Shown here: in pieces, positions 1 through 7,265 of the stretch
Numbering within the stretch: position 1 is the first letter of the stretch
Layout of the letters: each line of letters begins with the position of its first letter
Translations under genes and position numbers: made by a program
Notes under the pieces: generated by a model
Databases searched by the model: none
What the model was told of the DNA's origin: nothing
The model's input: the letters and a program-made list of their open reading frames with translations, nothing else
Virus record (IMG/VR): IMGVR_UViG_3300037113_000050
Location: 1-52,744 of that record
Strand: one strand, 5' to 3'
Length of the DNA stretch: 52,744 nucleotides
Origin: a virus
Lineage: Duplodnaviria > Caudoviricetes

Positions 1-33
1 CCAACGCCGATTGTCTCCAGCAACTTGTTAGGC
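1..33 (-). repeat. Partial attC-like site (truncated by window start)
   Basis: ...tgtctccagcaacttGTTAGGC, same arm/box pattern as the other sites. Confidence 0.75.
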
Positions 34-314
34 GGCTTTACGAGGCTCGCCAATCCGCTGCCGCTGCCAAAAAAGTGATGCAGGAAGCCGCTGAAAAACT
101 TGGACGCTGCGAAGGCTGCCACGGCGGCGATGACGAAGCAAGCGGGACTCGCTGCTACCAATCTCGCGAATTGGCGAAAGAAAAGTGGTGCGACATCTGC
201 AAAACCAAACTGCCGCTCTGGGAGGACTATCGGCACAAATCAAACATGGCTGGGGCTTCACTTCGGATGGTCTTAAAACACGCGCAATCTCTGCCGTCTA
301 ACGTAGAAAGCTGA
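3..314 (+). CDS. Cassette ORF, Cys-containing hypothetical protein (5' end probably off-window)
   Basis: Frame is open from position 3 through the attC arm; ends PSNVES inside the next attC. Confidence 0.65.
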   Translation, partial: NADCLQQLVRRLYEARQSAAAAKKVMQEAAEKLGRCEGCHGGDDEASGTRCYQSRELAKEKWCDICKTKLPLWEDYRHKSNMAGASLRMVLKHAQSLPSNVES

Positions 315-423
315 GCCACGGGCATCGTGAGCCAGCATAACCAAAGAAAGAAAATACAATGACTGAATCAAACATCCAAAACGACAAGGCGCAATGCCCG
401 TTGGCTCCGGCGACTTGTTCGGC
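296..423 (-). repeat. attC-like site 1
   Basis: GTCTAAC...gctgagccacgggcat / atgcccgttggctccggc...GTTCGGC; arms pair with extrahelical bases. Confidence 0.88.
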
Positions 424-435
424 GAATCGAATTTT

Positions 436-717
436 ATGAAAACAGTCACAATACAAATCGGTAACTCGGACGATAAACTAACTCAAACCGAGTGGGCAGC
501 TTATGTGCTGATGATGCGGACAAACATCCTGCAACACTGCACCGCCGTCCAATTCTTCGGTGCTCCTGCAAACTGGGAGCGATGGCAAAACGTGGCGTGG
601 GTAGTCGTCTGCAAAGACGCCAAACTAGCCGCACTCAAAGCCGCAGTCACGGATGTGCGCTCAACTTTCAACCAAGACTCTGCCGCGTGGACAGAGGGTG
701 AGACTCAATTCGCCTAA
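436..717 (+). CDS. Cassette ORF, hypothetical protein
   Basis: ATG overlaps the leader stop (ATGA); TAA lies in the R box GCCTAAC. Confidence 0.75.
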   Translation: MKTVTIQIGNSDDKLTQTEWAAYVLMMRTNILQHCTAVQFFGAPANWERWQNVAWVVVCKDAKLAALKAAVTDVRSTFNQDSAAWTEGETQFA

Positions 718-993
718 CGAAAAAAGCTGAGCCACGGCCACTGTGACTCGGCGCAACCGAAGAAAAACTATGGCACAAGCAACATATCAAAAGCAGCGGG
801 TGATAGACGCCGCAACCAAAACGGCGACAAGCTATCGCGAGCAAATCATCGAACATTACCAGCGCGAAAAAGAGAGCAAAGAGAAACGAATCGTGGCCGC
901 GATGCAACCGCGCTGGTGGTGCGGCGCTTCGTGGTGCAACTGCGATGAGAAGCGGAAGGAACAGCGCTCATCGGCTCCGGCGATTTGTTCGGC
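712..993 (-). repeat. Chimeric attC-like site 2 (mismatched arms, ~220 bp coding insert)
   Basis: Left half 712-745 and right half ~963-993 pair only in the gagcc/ggctc core. Confidence 0.6.
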
Positions 994-1168
994 AGCACGG
1001 GCGCGAATAGACGATTCTGTGCGGCAAGTCTGGATGGCATACCGAGACGCATCCGACGTGAGTGTGGACATGCTGACTGAACAAGACATGGAACTGTGGG
1101 GCATCGTGACTCGTCACGTGGCCATACAGGACAGGCTAAACGCCATGCTGCCGAACGACCGGAGCTAA
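770..1168 (+). CDS. Fused cassette ORF, hypothetical
   Basis: Reads through the attC right arm (SAPAICSA); ends PNDRS in the next attC. Confidence 0.6.
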   Translation: MAQATYQKQRVIDAATKTATSYREQIIEHYQREKESKEKRIVAAMQPRWWCGASWCNCDEKRKEQRSSAPAICSAARARIDDSVRQVWMAYRDASDVSVDMLTEQDMELWGIVTRHVAIQDRLNAMLPNDRS

Positions 1169-1261
1169 GGCATCCCGGACTAATGACTTATGAATGACCA
1201 AGAATCTTTACGGCAAACTGAAGGCGTCCAACCGGGATTGCCTTCAGCGACCTTGTTGGGC
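1150..1261 (-). repeat. attC-like site 3 (near-identical to 3268-3379)
   Basis: GCCGAAC...gctaaggcatcccgg / ccgggattgccttcagc...GTTGGGC. Confidence 0.85.
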
Positions 1262-1287
1262 ATAGCGATTAACGACATACAAATAAA

Positions 1288-1506
1288 ATGATAACTGCAA
1301 CCGAATGGCTAACTAGCCCCAACATCGCTCGGCGAGCAACCGAACAAGATTGCGTCGAATGGATAAAACAAATCCAAGCCGATGCGCTCCGTCACGCCGC
1401 CGACATAGCCGAGTCTTACGACAACGAATCTCATCATGGTAATGACACCATGACCAAACAAAACATCGCGTCAGAAATACGCGCCGCCGCCCTGACATCT
1501 TCGTGA
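1288..1506 (+). CDS. Cassette ORF, hypothetical
   Basis: ATGA-coupled to leader 1190-1291. Confidence 0.7.
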   Translation: MITATEWLTSPNIARRATEQDCVEWIKQIQADALRHAADIAESYDNESHHGNDTMTKQNIASEIRAAALTSS

Positions 1507-1613
1507 TAATCTCCGCGCCAGAAAACGCGACCGATGCGGAACTGCAATCACTGGCAGAAATCGAGGCAATGCAGAAAACCTACCTGTGGTCAAAAAAACA
1601 AGTGCGGCCCAAC
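1490..1613 (+). pseudogene. 3' remnant of the cassette gene found intact at 3308-3598
   Basis: 124 bp match to 3418-3541 with about 9 mismatches counted by eye; out of frame with the upstream ORF. Confidence 0.8.
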
Positions 1614-1728
1614 ATAAAAGCTGAGCCGCCGCCTGTGAGCGGTGGTGAGGCGCAAAGGAAACATCCAAATGAGTAACGACATCCAAACGGACAGCAATAA
1701 GGCGGTTGCCTCCGGCGATTGGTTAGAG
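1607..1728 (-). repeat. attC-like site 4
   Basis: GCCCAAC...gctgagccgccgcct / aggcggttgcctccggc...GTTAGAG. Confidence 0.8.
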
Positions 1729-1974
1729 CCAGCCGTCAAATCCATGAAGAACAGATTAAGTGATACAATCTTTTGTAGTGACATGGCTAAAATACCGAAT
1801 GCGCCGGACTGCTGTGCGTCCTGTCACGAGGACTGGAATGAAGGATATGACAACCCTGAATGGCGGGAACCGGATAAAACCATTCCGCACAAATACTGCC
1901 TATGCTGTGCGATGCGCTTATTTGCAGAAACGCAGGCTGGCTCTAACATAAAAGCTGACGCAAGCCGCACCTGA
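1669..1974 (+). CDS. Cassette ORF, Cys-rich (possible Zn-binding) protein starting inside attC
   Basis: CCASCH and YCLCC motifs; start codon in the attC loop. Confidence 0.7.
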   Translation: MSNDIQTDSNKAVASGDWLEPAVKSMKNRLSDTIFCSDMAKIPNAPDCCASCHEDWNEGYDNPEWREPDKTIPHKYCLCCAMRLFAETQAGSNIKADASRT

Positions 1975-2049
1975 CGCATGAAACAACCACAAAACCGAAG
2001 CGAACAACTCGCAGCGCCAACCGTCATTGGCTCCGGCGACTTGATAGGC
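1941..2049 (-). repeat. attC-like site 5 (degenerate, GAT in place of GTT)
   Basis: CTCTAAC...cattggctccggcgacttGATAGGC; arms pair poorly. Confidence 0.7.
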
Positions 2050-2084
2050 CACGGCTGATAATCTGGACACACTAAACGACAAAT

Positions 2085-2294
2085 ATGAAAACAAACAAAC
2101 AAACGAAATCGGTCAAACCAATCCCGAAACCAAACTTTGTCAATAAATGCGAAGGCTGGTCTTTCGACTATGGCTTCGTCAGCGACATCGCCGAAGAATG
2201 CCGAAAGCTCGACGAGGACTTTGCGCCAAGCATGGAAGGCGTGGACGATGTGCTGAAAGTGCTTAAAAAACGCGGTCATATCGTAGTGGCCTAA
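2085..2294 (+). CDS. Cassette ORF, hypothetical
   Basis: Stop TAA lies in the R box. Confidence 0.7.
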   Translation: MKTNKQTKSVKPIPKPNFVNKCEGWSFDYGFVSDIAEECRKLDEDFAPSMEGVDDVLKVLKKRGHIVVA

Positions 2295-2388
2295 CATCCG
2301 AAGCTGAGCCATGACGCCACAAGAGACATCCAACCGCGAAGCGGAACTGACCGCGCCACCGCGCATTGGCTCCAGCGCCTTGTTCGGC
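2289..2388 (-). repeat. attC-like site 6
   Basis: GCCTAAC...gctgagccatg / cattggctccagc...GTTCGGC. Confidence 0.88.
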
Positions 2389-2395
2389 GGATAAT

Positions 2396-2608
2396 ATGAC
2401 AACTCAAAATACATGGCCAAACGGAGTCCGTCACGCGATGCACCAAAGCGACCACGAATCGTGGAACGCTCGAAACTATCCCGGCACAAGGCAACTCTGC
2501 TCAAAATGCGGCGAACCGACCGAACGATGCGAGGAAGATGCCATCTGGAACGATGACGGCGAACCTCTTTGTTCATCGTGCGCATATCCGCCTAACGACC
2601 GCGCATGA
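2396..2608 (+). CDS. Cassette ORF, CxxC...CxxC zinc-finger-like protein
   Basis: CSKC and CSSC motifs. Confidence 0.7.
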   Translation: MTTQNTWPNGVRHAMHQSDHESWNARNYPGTRQLCSKCGEPTERCEEDAIWNDDGEPLCSSCAYPPNDRA

Positions 2609-2688
2609 GCCACGGCGCGAATAACGACGTGAACCGCGAAGCGGAACTGACAGCGCCCACGCGCATTGGCTCCGGCGACTTGTTAGGC
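2590..2688 (-). repeat. attC-like site 7
   Basis: GCCTAAC...gagcca / tggctc...GTTAGGC; loop shares aaccgcgaagcggaactgac with site 6. Confidence 0.88.
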
Positions 2689-2715
2689 AGCAAAACGTGA
2701 ACTGACATAAAATCT

Positions 2716-3045
2716 ATGAAAGCAAAAGTCTCAAGTCTGTATCGGAACGGCAGAAACCTTCCGACAAACAAAGTATCCGGCACTGCCGAAGGCGACCTAA
2801 ACCTAGCCGTGAGCAAGCATCCTGTGACTGGACGTTGCACGCATGAAGCCTGCGTGCTGAATGATGACGGTCACTCACTTCTACCAGACCTGTATGATGT
2901 GACGTGCGTATCAATCTCCGCCGCCGGATTCCGGCTGCGCGGAATAGAAATAAAATCTGGTCGTGAGGTCTCACAAGAATGGTGGTGTATGCCAATGCTG
3001 CCTAACGTGGAGGTCAGCCACCGCCGGGCTGACGTAACCAAATGA
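2716..3045 (+). CDS. Cassette ORF, hypothetical phage-type protein
   Basis: Clean ORF between attC sites, stop inside the next attC. Confidence 0.75.
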   Translation: MKAKVSSLYRNGRNLPTNKVSGTAEGDLNLAVSKHPVTGRCTHEACVLNDDGHSLLPDLYDVTCVSISAAGFRLRGIEIKSGREVSQEWWCMPMLPNVEVSHRRADVTK

Positions 3046-3089
3046 AACTGACGCGGCCAACGGCGGTTGGCTGCACCGATTTGTTAGGC
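3000..3089 (-). repeat. attC-like site 8
   Basis: GCCTAAC...ggtcagccaccgccg / cggcggttggctgcacc...GTTAGGC. Confidence 0.88.
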
Positions 3090-3094
3090 GATAT

Positions 3095-3286
3095 ATGACA
3101 TACGAATCATGGGAAGATGAAATAGAACGTAGCGGCTGGTCTTTTGGACTCAGCACGCAAAAACAAATGCTGGCTGACTGGCGAACCGACCGCGCCGAGT
3201 GGCGTGCCGCTCTAAAAGAATCACGGCAAGAAATCGCCCGCCTGAAAGAAAGCTCGAAACCAATATCGCCTAACGCCGGGAGCTAA
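3095..3286 (+). CDS. Cassette ORF, hypothetical
   Basis: ATGA-coupled to leader 3042-3098. Confidence 0.7.
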   Translation: MTYESWEDEIERSGWSFGLSTQKQMLADWRTDRAEWRAALKESRQEIARLKESSKPISPNAGS

Positions 3287-3379
3287 GGCATCCCGGACTA
3301 ATGACTTATGAATGACCAAGAATCTTTACGGAAAACTGAAGGCGTCCAACCGGGATTGCCTTCAGCGACCTTGTTGGGC
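3268..3379 (-). repeat. attC-like site 9
   Basis: Near-identical copy of site 3. Confidence 0.85.
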
Positions 3380-3598
3380 CGCACGGTCGAATGGGAAATC
3401 GTCCTGAGCGGCGGACACCCTGACATCTTTGTGATAATCTCCGCGCCAGAAAACGCGACCGATGCGGAACTGCAATCACTAGCAGAAATCGAGGCAATGG
3501 CAAAAACCTACATCTGGTCGAAAAAACGAGTGCGGCCCAACGACGCGCTATGCCATCCCGCATCTGCGGTGCGGCATTCCACGGGCGCTACCGATTAA
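3308..3598 (+). CDS. Cassette ORF starting inside attC, hypothetical
   Basis: N-terminal 24 aa encoded by the attC; the paralogous fragment differs largely by synonymous or conservative changes. Confidence 0.75.
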   Translation: MNDQESLRKTEGVQPGLPSATLLGRTVEWEIVLSGGHPDIFVIISAPENATDAELQSLAEIEAMAKTYIWSKKRVRPNDALCHPASAVRHSTGATD

Positions 3599-3641
3599 AC
3601 GGACGCGGCCAATAGGGATTGGCATCAGCAACTTGTTAGAT
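3535..3641 (-). repeat. attC-like site 10
   Basis: GCCCAAC...gctatgccatccc / gggattggcatcagc...GTTAGAT. Confidence 0.85.
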
Positions 3642-3670
3642 GCCGAATCAACGACAACCAAATAAAAAAT

Positions 3671-3871
3671 ATGGGACAAGCCAAAAGACGCGGAACATAC
3701 GAGCAACGCCGCCAAGCGGCAATCGCACGAACAATGCCGACATCATCGCCTGAAACGATGAACGCGGCATATAAACAGCCACGCCGCCCCATGCGACGCG
3801 GGAACATGATAATGGCTGCCGCGATGCTGAGAGCAATGGCGTGGTCGGTGCCGCCCCGCCGAGGCATCTAA
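3671..3871 (+). CDS. Cassette ORF, small basic protein (MGQAKRRG N-terminus)
   Basis: Stop in the R box ATCTAAC. Confidence 0.65.
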   Translation: MGQAKRRGTYEQRRQAAIARTMPTSSPETMNAAYKQPRRPMRRGNMIMAAAMLRAMAWSVPPRRGI

Positions 3872-3958
3872 CGCTCAAGCTGAGCCAAGCCGCCAATGAA
3901 AACTCAAGAAAAACAGATGGACGCACGCGGCGGCTTTGGCTCCGGCGACTTGTTAGGC
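3866..3958 (-). repeat. attC-like site 11
   Basis: ATCTAAC...gctgagccaagccgcc / ggcggctttggctccggc...GTTAGGC. Confidence 0.88.
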
Positions 3959-3981
3959 ATAGCGATTAACGACATACGAAT

Positions 3982-4173
3982 ATGACATTCAAAAGATTCA
4001 GCAAACTTTGGGATACCTTTGTGACCAATCGGCCAAAGGCATCAAATCAAACTCCGCTTGCGGAACATAAGATGAACGAAGCGACATCAACCGCGCTCAT
4101 AGAATACGCGAACGGCGACAAATCAAAAATCAACGCAGTCCGCAAAAAGCTAAACCGCCGCCGCGATGCCTAA
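3982..4173 (+). CDS. Last cassette ORF, hypothetical
   Basis: ATGA-coupled to leader 3896-3985; stop in the lone R box GCCTAAC 4168-4174. Confidence 0.7.
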   Translation: MTFKRFSKLWDTFVTNRPKASNQTPLAEHKMNEATSTALIEYANGDKSKINAVRKKLNRRRDA

Positions 4174-4190
4174 CAACAGAATATGAGTCT

Positions 4191-4454
4191 ATGGCATCAT
4201 TCTTTAAACATCGTAACCAACGGCAGGACAAGCGGAAACGACAATTAGAAAAGTTGAAGCGCTGGCGAGAAGCAAAGGCGCGAAAGCATCAAGAAGCCAT
4301 TTCCGCCGGTTGGTTGCCTGAGCCACGTTTTATCCGGTCGTATCTCTACGAATACGGTATCCGCAATGTCGTCACCGGAGAAACCCATTGGCGAACACTG
4401 ACCAGCGCAAGGCAGGCGTCAAAGGCGTTGGGTCTGATAATGAAATTCATTTAA
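4191..4454 (+). CDS. Hypothetical basic protein
   Basis: ORF converging on the late operon. Confidence 0.6.
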   Translation: MASFFKHRNQRQDKRKRQLEKLKRWREAKARKHQEAISAGWLPEPRFIRSYLYEYGIRNVVTGETHWRTLTSARQASKALGLIMKFI

Positions 4455-5065
4455 TGCGGGATTGACGCTGGAGCCAGCACACCATTTTGCACCTGCCATC
4501 CAGCCTGATACTGTTTACACAGTTCTTGCATCGGCAGCAAATCCGCAGGCGTGTGCGCGTTCCATATCGGGCCACCGGCAATTTTCACAGTCGCCCATGC
4601 GGCGTTGCGCTGGAACCAGTTCGCGCCTAGGTCTTGCAGGTCTTGCAACAGTTGCCAGTCAGTTTCCGCTTTAGACTTGAGCTGGCAGCAATACCCCTTG
4701 TCGTGCCGTATCCATGCGGCGGAATATTGGCCTATCTTCGGTAGGAACGCATCCAACCAATCGCCACCATCGCTATCCGTCATACCGCTGCGGTAGTCCG
4801 TCGTCCAGACCGGCAGATTCATCATGTCGTCAAGTGTTCCAGCACTAGACGGGGGGATGATTTCAAACGTGCCGTCTGGATTCAGAGCGGCGAACGGCAA
4901 CGTGATGATCCAGTCGTCCGGCGCTGTTTGCAGCGTGTCTGGATACGCCATTGTCGCCGACGTATAGACGAATTTCTGGCACGGATTCCCGGCAACCAGC
5001 CGCTGTCCCTTTATGGCAACAGTGGCTTTCGCCATTCGTTTATCGGCTGATTGCCGGAAGTTCAT
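4451..5065 (-). CDS. DUF1353-like protein (true start may be 4951)
   Basis: TDSDGG...YSAAWIRHDKGY...ETDWQLLQDL pattern typical of phage DUF1353. Confidence 0.6.
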   Translation of the reverse strand: MNFRQSADKRMAKATVAIKGQRLVAGNPCQKFVYTSATMAYPDTLQTAPDDWIITLPFAALNPDGTFEIIPPSSAGTLDDMMNLPVWTTDYRSGMTDSDGGDWLDAFLPKIGQYSAAWIRHDKGYCCQLKSKAETDWQLLQDLQDLGANWFQRNAAWATVKIAGGPIWNAHTPADLLPMQELCKQYQAGWQVQNGVLAPASIPH

Positions 5066-5068
5066 TGG

Positions 5069-5707
5069 TCAAAATCCTTTCGACCATCCAACCCACAGGT
5101 GGTAAATATCCCGCCCGACGGTGGCCGTGCCCTGCCACATTTCATACATCAGGCCGACATTCACCGCCCCACCCAACGCCTGGCATACCCCAAAATCCAC
5201 GCCAGCTCCCTCACGGGTCACTGCGGAGCCGCCAGAGCCAAGCGATGCGTTCATTGGGGTGCCTACGCCCGCAATCACCAGCGGGGTCATGGTGACGCCG
5301 GGCAGGCCATACGACGCCAGCGGGTGGGTTGGCAACTGGATCTTGATGTCCGCCGAAATCATTTGCCAGTTCCGGTTCCAATAATCCACGCCGACGCCCG
5401 CACCGACGTAACGGGTCATGTCGTAAAATGCCATGAGTCCGCCGCCGAATTGCTCCTTGGTCTTGCCGCTGGCCGGCGAGTAGCTCCCGTAAGCGAATGC
5501 ACCGACGTTGGTCACATTCTCAACGTCCTTCCACACGTTCACAATCGGCTCGTAAAACGGATTGCCGTTGGTGGAAAGTGCGTTGGTCACAACGATGTCC
5601 TGCCCGTGCGCCCGGCATGAATTGCCGATGCTCCACAGAAGCAGACAGGCGACGATAAAGATGGCCAGTCCGCAGGACACGTCCGCTTTTTTGAGGGGGT
5701 GTTTCAT
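5069..5707 (-). CDS. Exported, outer-membrane beta-barrel-like protein
   Basis: Hydrophobic N-terminal segment, Gly/aromatic alternating strands, C-terminal WSKGF. Confidence 0.5.
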   Translation of the reverse strand: MKHPLKKADVSCGLAIFIVACLLLWSIGNSCRAHGQDIVVTNALSTNGNPFYEPIVNVWKDVENVTNVGAFAYGSYSPASGKTKEQFGGGLMAFYDMTRYVGAGVGVDYWNRNWQMISADIKIQLPTHPLASYGLPGVTMTPLVIAGVGTPMNASLGSGGSAVTREGAGVDFGVCQALGGAVNVGLMYEMWQGTATVGRDIYHLWVGWSKGF

Positions 5708-5711
5708 AAAT

Positions 5712-5810
5712 TCAGATTTTCCGTAAATCATCCAGCCCGACAATTACCATGATGGCGACAAGTCCGGCAAGGCAGAATCCGCAGCCGAATAATGCGACGA
5801 GCGTTTTCAT
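5712..5810 (-). CDS. Small single-TM protein
   Basis: 32 aa hydrophobic ORF, ATGA-coupled to the peptidase stop. Confidence 0.4.
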   Translation of the reverse strand: MKTLVALFGCGFCLAGLVAIMVIVGLDDLRKI

Positions 5811-6574
5811 TGCGCGACGGTCTTGATCTGCCAAAAGTCGTCTGCAAGCGAGGCGTTGGTCAAATAACTGTATGGGATGGTGAAATATCCCGCCATGCCC
5901 CAAGTGGTATTCCATGAATTGCGCACGATAAACACCTGCTTGGCCTCAATGTAGCCCACCCCAACGACCGCGTGGCCGCCTACCACGCGCTCGCCCGGCG
6001 CTGGCATCGGTGCAATGCCGGTCTTCGCCACGGCGGCTGACTCAAAGCTCTCATAGACCGTGAAGCCGAACACAAACGGCAGCCCTGTGGCAAGGCACCC
6101 CTTGAGCTGATCCAGCGTCGGCACGATGCGTTGGTAAAGTATCGCCTTGTATTTCAGGCCGTCCAAATAGCAGGCCGGCGTCGGTCGCATTTTGAACTTT
6201 GTGACATAGTAGGGCCACTCCGGTTCCGGGCACGCGCCTTGCTTGACGACGGTCTTGATGCCGTCGCGGATCTGTGCGCCGGAGTCTGATTTGGTGGTTC
6301 CCTCAAGCGCCCGCTCGTTGTAGTAAATCATCAGGCGCGACGGGGTAAAATCGTTAATCCTCTGCTTGATGCGGTCAAATTCAAGCGCCCCGGCGATGGC
6401 GTTGGCGGTGCAACTGCCGAGCTGGCCCTGGTCGTAAACCGGCGGGCATTGCGGGCGCAGGTCAACCAGCGGCGGCAGCGGGCCGACCGGGGCCGGTGCG
6501 GCGTAGAGACGGTCGCGCTGGTCAGGCAAATCGGCAACCCAGCCCATGCTATGATGTTGAGGAATGATGTTCAT
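5807..6574 (-). CDS. Papain-family (C1A) cysteine peptidase
   Basis: DQGQLGSCTANA, GGHAVVGVGY and VRNSW catalytic Cys/His/Asn motifs. Confidence 0.92.
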   Translation of the reverse strand: MNIIPQHHSMGWVADLPDQRDRLYAAPAPVGPLPPLVDLRPQCPPVYDQGQLGSCTANAIAGALEFDRIKQRINDFTPSRLMIYYNERALEGTTKSDSGAQIRDGIKTVVKQGACPEPEWPYYVTKFKMRPTPACYLDGLKYKAILYQRIVPTLDQLKGCLATGLPFVFGFTVYESFESAAVAKTGIAPMPAPGERVVGGHAVVGVGYIEAKQVFIVRNSWNTTWGMAGYFTIPYSYLTNASLADDFWQIKTVAQ

Positions 6575-6578
6575 GGTA

Positions 6579-6779
6579 TTATTTCTCCTGCGGTTTCGCC
6601 GTGGCGTTACTCGCTGCGGTGGCAATGTAAATCAGCAGAGCCAGCTTGGTCGCATCGAATTGGGATTTGTATTGCGGAAACCAGATTCCACCCAGTTGAC
6701 AAACCAGAGCCGCCAGCGCGGGCCAGCGGATGTGATTATTCTGAACCAACGTCGTCAGGTTATTGATGAGATTTTTCAT
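6579..6779 (-). CDS. Holin-like small membrane protein
   Basis: 66 aa, two hydrophobic segments, at the end of the late operon. Confidence 0.5.
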   Translation of the reverse strand: MKNLINNLTTLVQNNHIRWPALAALVCQLGGIWFPQYKSQFDATKLALLIYIATAASNATAKPQEK

Positions 6780-6782
6780 AGT

Positions 6783-7112
6783 TCAATGTTTTCCCAGCCA
6801 CCAGTTTACCAACGCTTCCCCGACAACCGTCAGGCAACCGCCCAAGACCGTGCAGATGATAACCATCATGGCCTGCCCGCCCTTGCGCTGTGCGTCCGCC
6901 ATTTCCATCACAGTCAACCGCCGGTTATATTCGACCATCACACTTTCCAACCGGGTGCAAGCTGCCGGGTCAGGACACGCTTTCTGGTTTTTTACGATGG
7001 CCATATCCTCACAAAGTTGATTCAGCTTGCCAAACAGTTTCCCCATGTCCTCACGGCGCTCACGCCGCTCGTTGTCAAGTGCCAGTCGCAAATCGTTATT
7101 CTCTTGGCTCAT
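6783..7112 (-). CDS. Coiled-coil plus C-terminal TM protein (holin-like)
   Basis: Architecture common in phage lysis modules. Confidence 0.5.
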   Translation of the reverse strand: MSQENNDLRLALDNERRERREDMGKLFGKLNQLCEDMAIVKNQKACPDPAACTRLESVMVEYNRRLTVMEMADAQRKGGQAMMVIICTVLGGCLTVVGEALVNWWLGKH

Positions 7113-7265
7113 AAAGGTTTTAAATCAGCATCGCCTTTGCGCTCTGCGCGTGGTTTCCAGTCGGTGGTCATAGGTTACCGGAGTATTTCTTTCACGCTAA
7201 TCAGCCAGATTCCGTTCGCGACCTTGAACTTAGCGAGGGCATCTGCCGCATAGGTGATTGGGGTG

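Larger units (their letters stand above)
1..4174 (-). mobile_element. Integron-type cassette array lacking an integrase (CALIN-like), continued from 52476-52744
   Basis: 11 internal attC-like sites plus partial ones, each bounded by RYYYAAC-like and GTTRRRY-like boxes, with one small ORF per interval. Confidence 0.88.

Noticed and set aside
1824-2585. 253 aa minus-strand ORF and similar minus ORFs in the array
   Set aside because: They read through attC sites (PNKSPEP-type translations) and are shadows of the plus-strand cassette genes
1490-3541. DGR template/variable repeat pair
   Set aside because: Mismatches between the two 124 bp copies are not adenine-specific and no reverse transcriptase was seen
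1-4174. CRISPR array
   Set aside because: Repeats are long, divergent palindromes and the spacers are gene-sized ORFs; no cas genes
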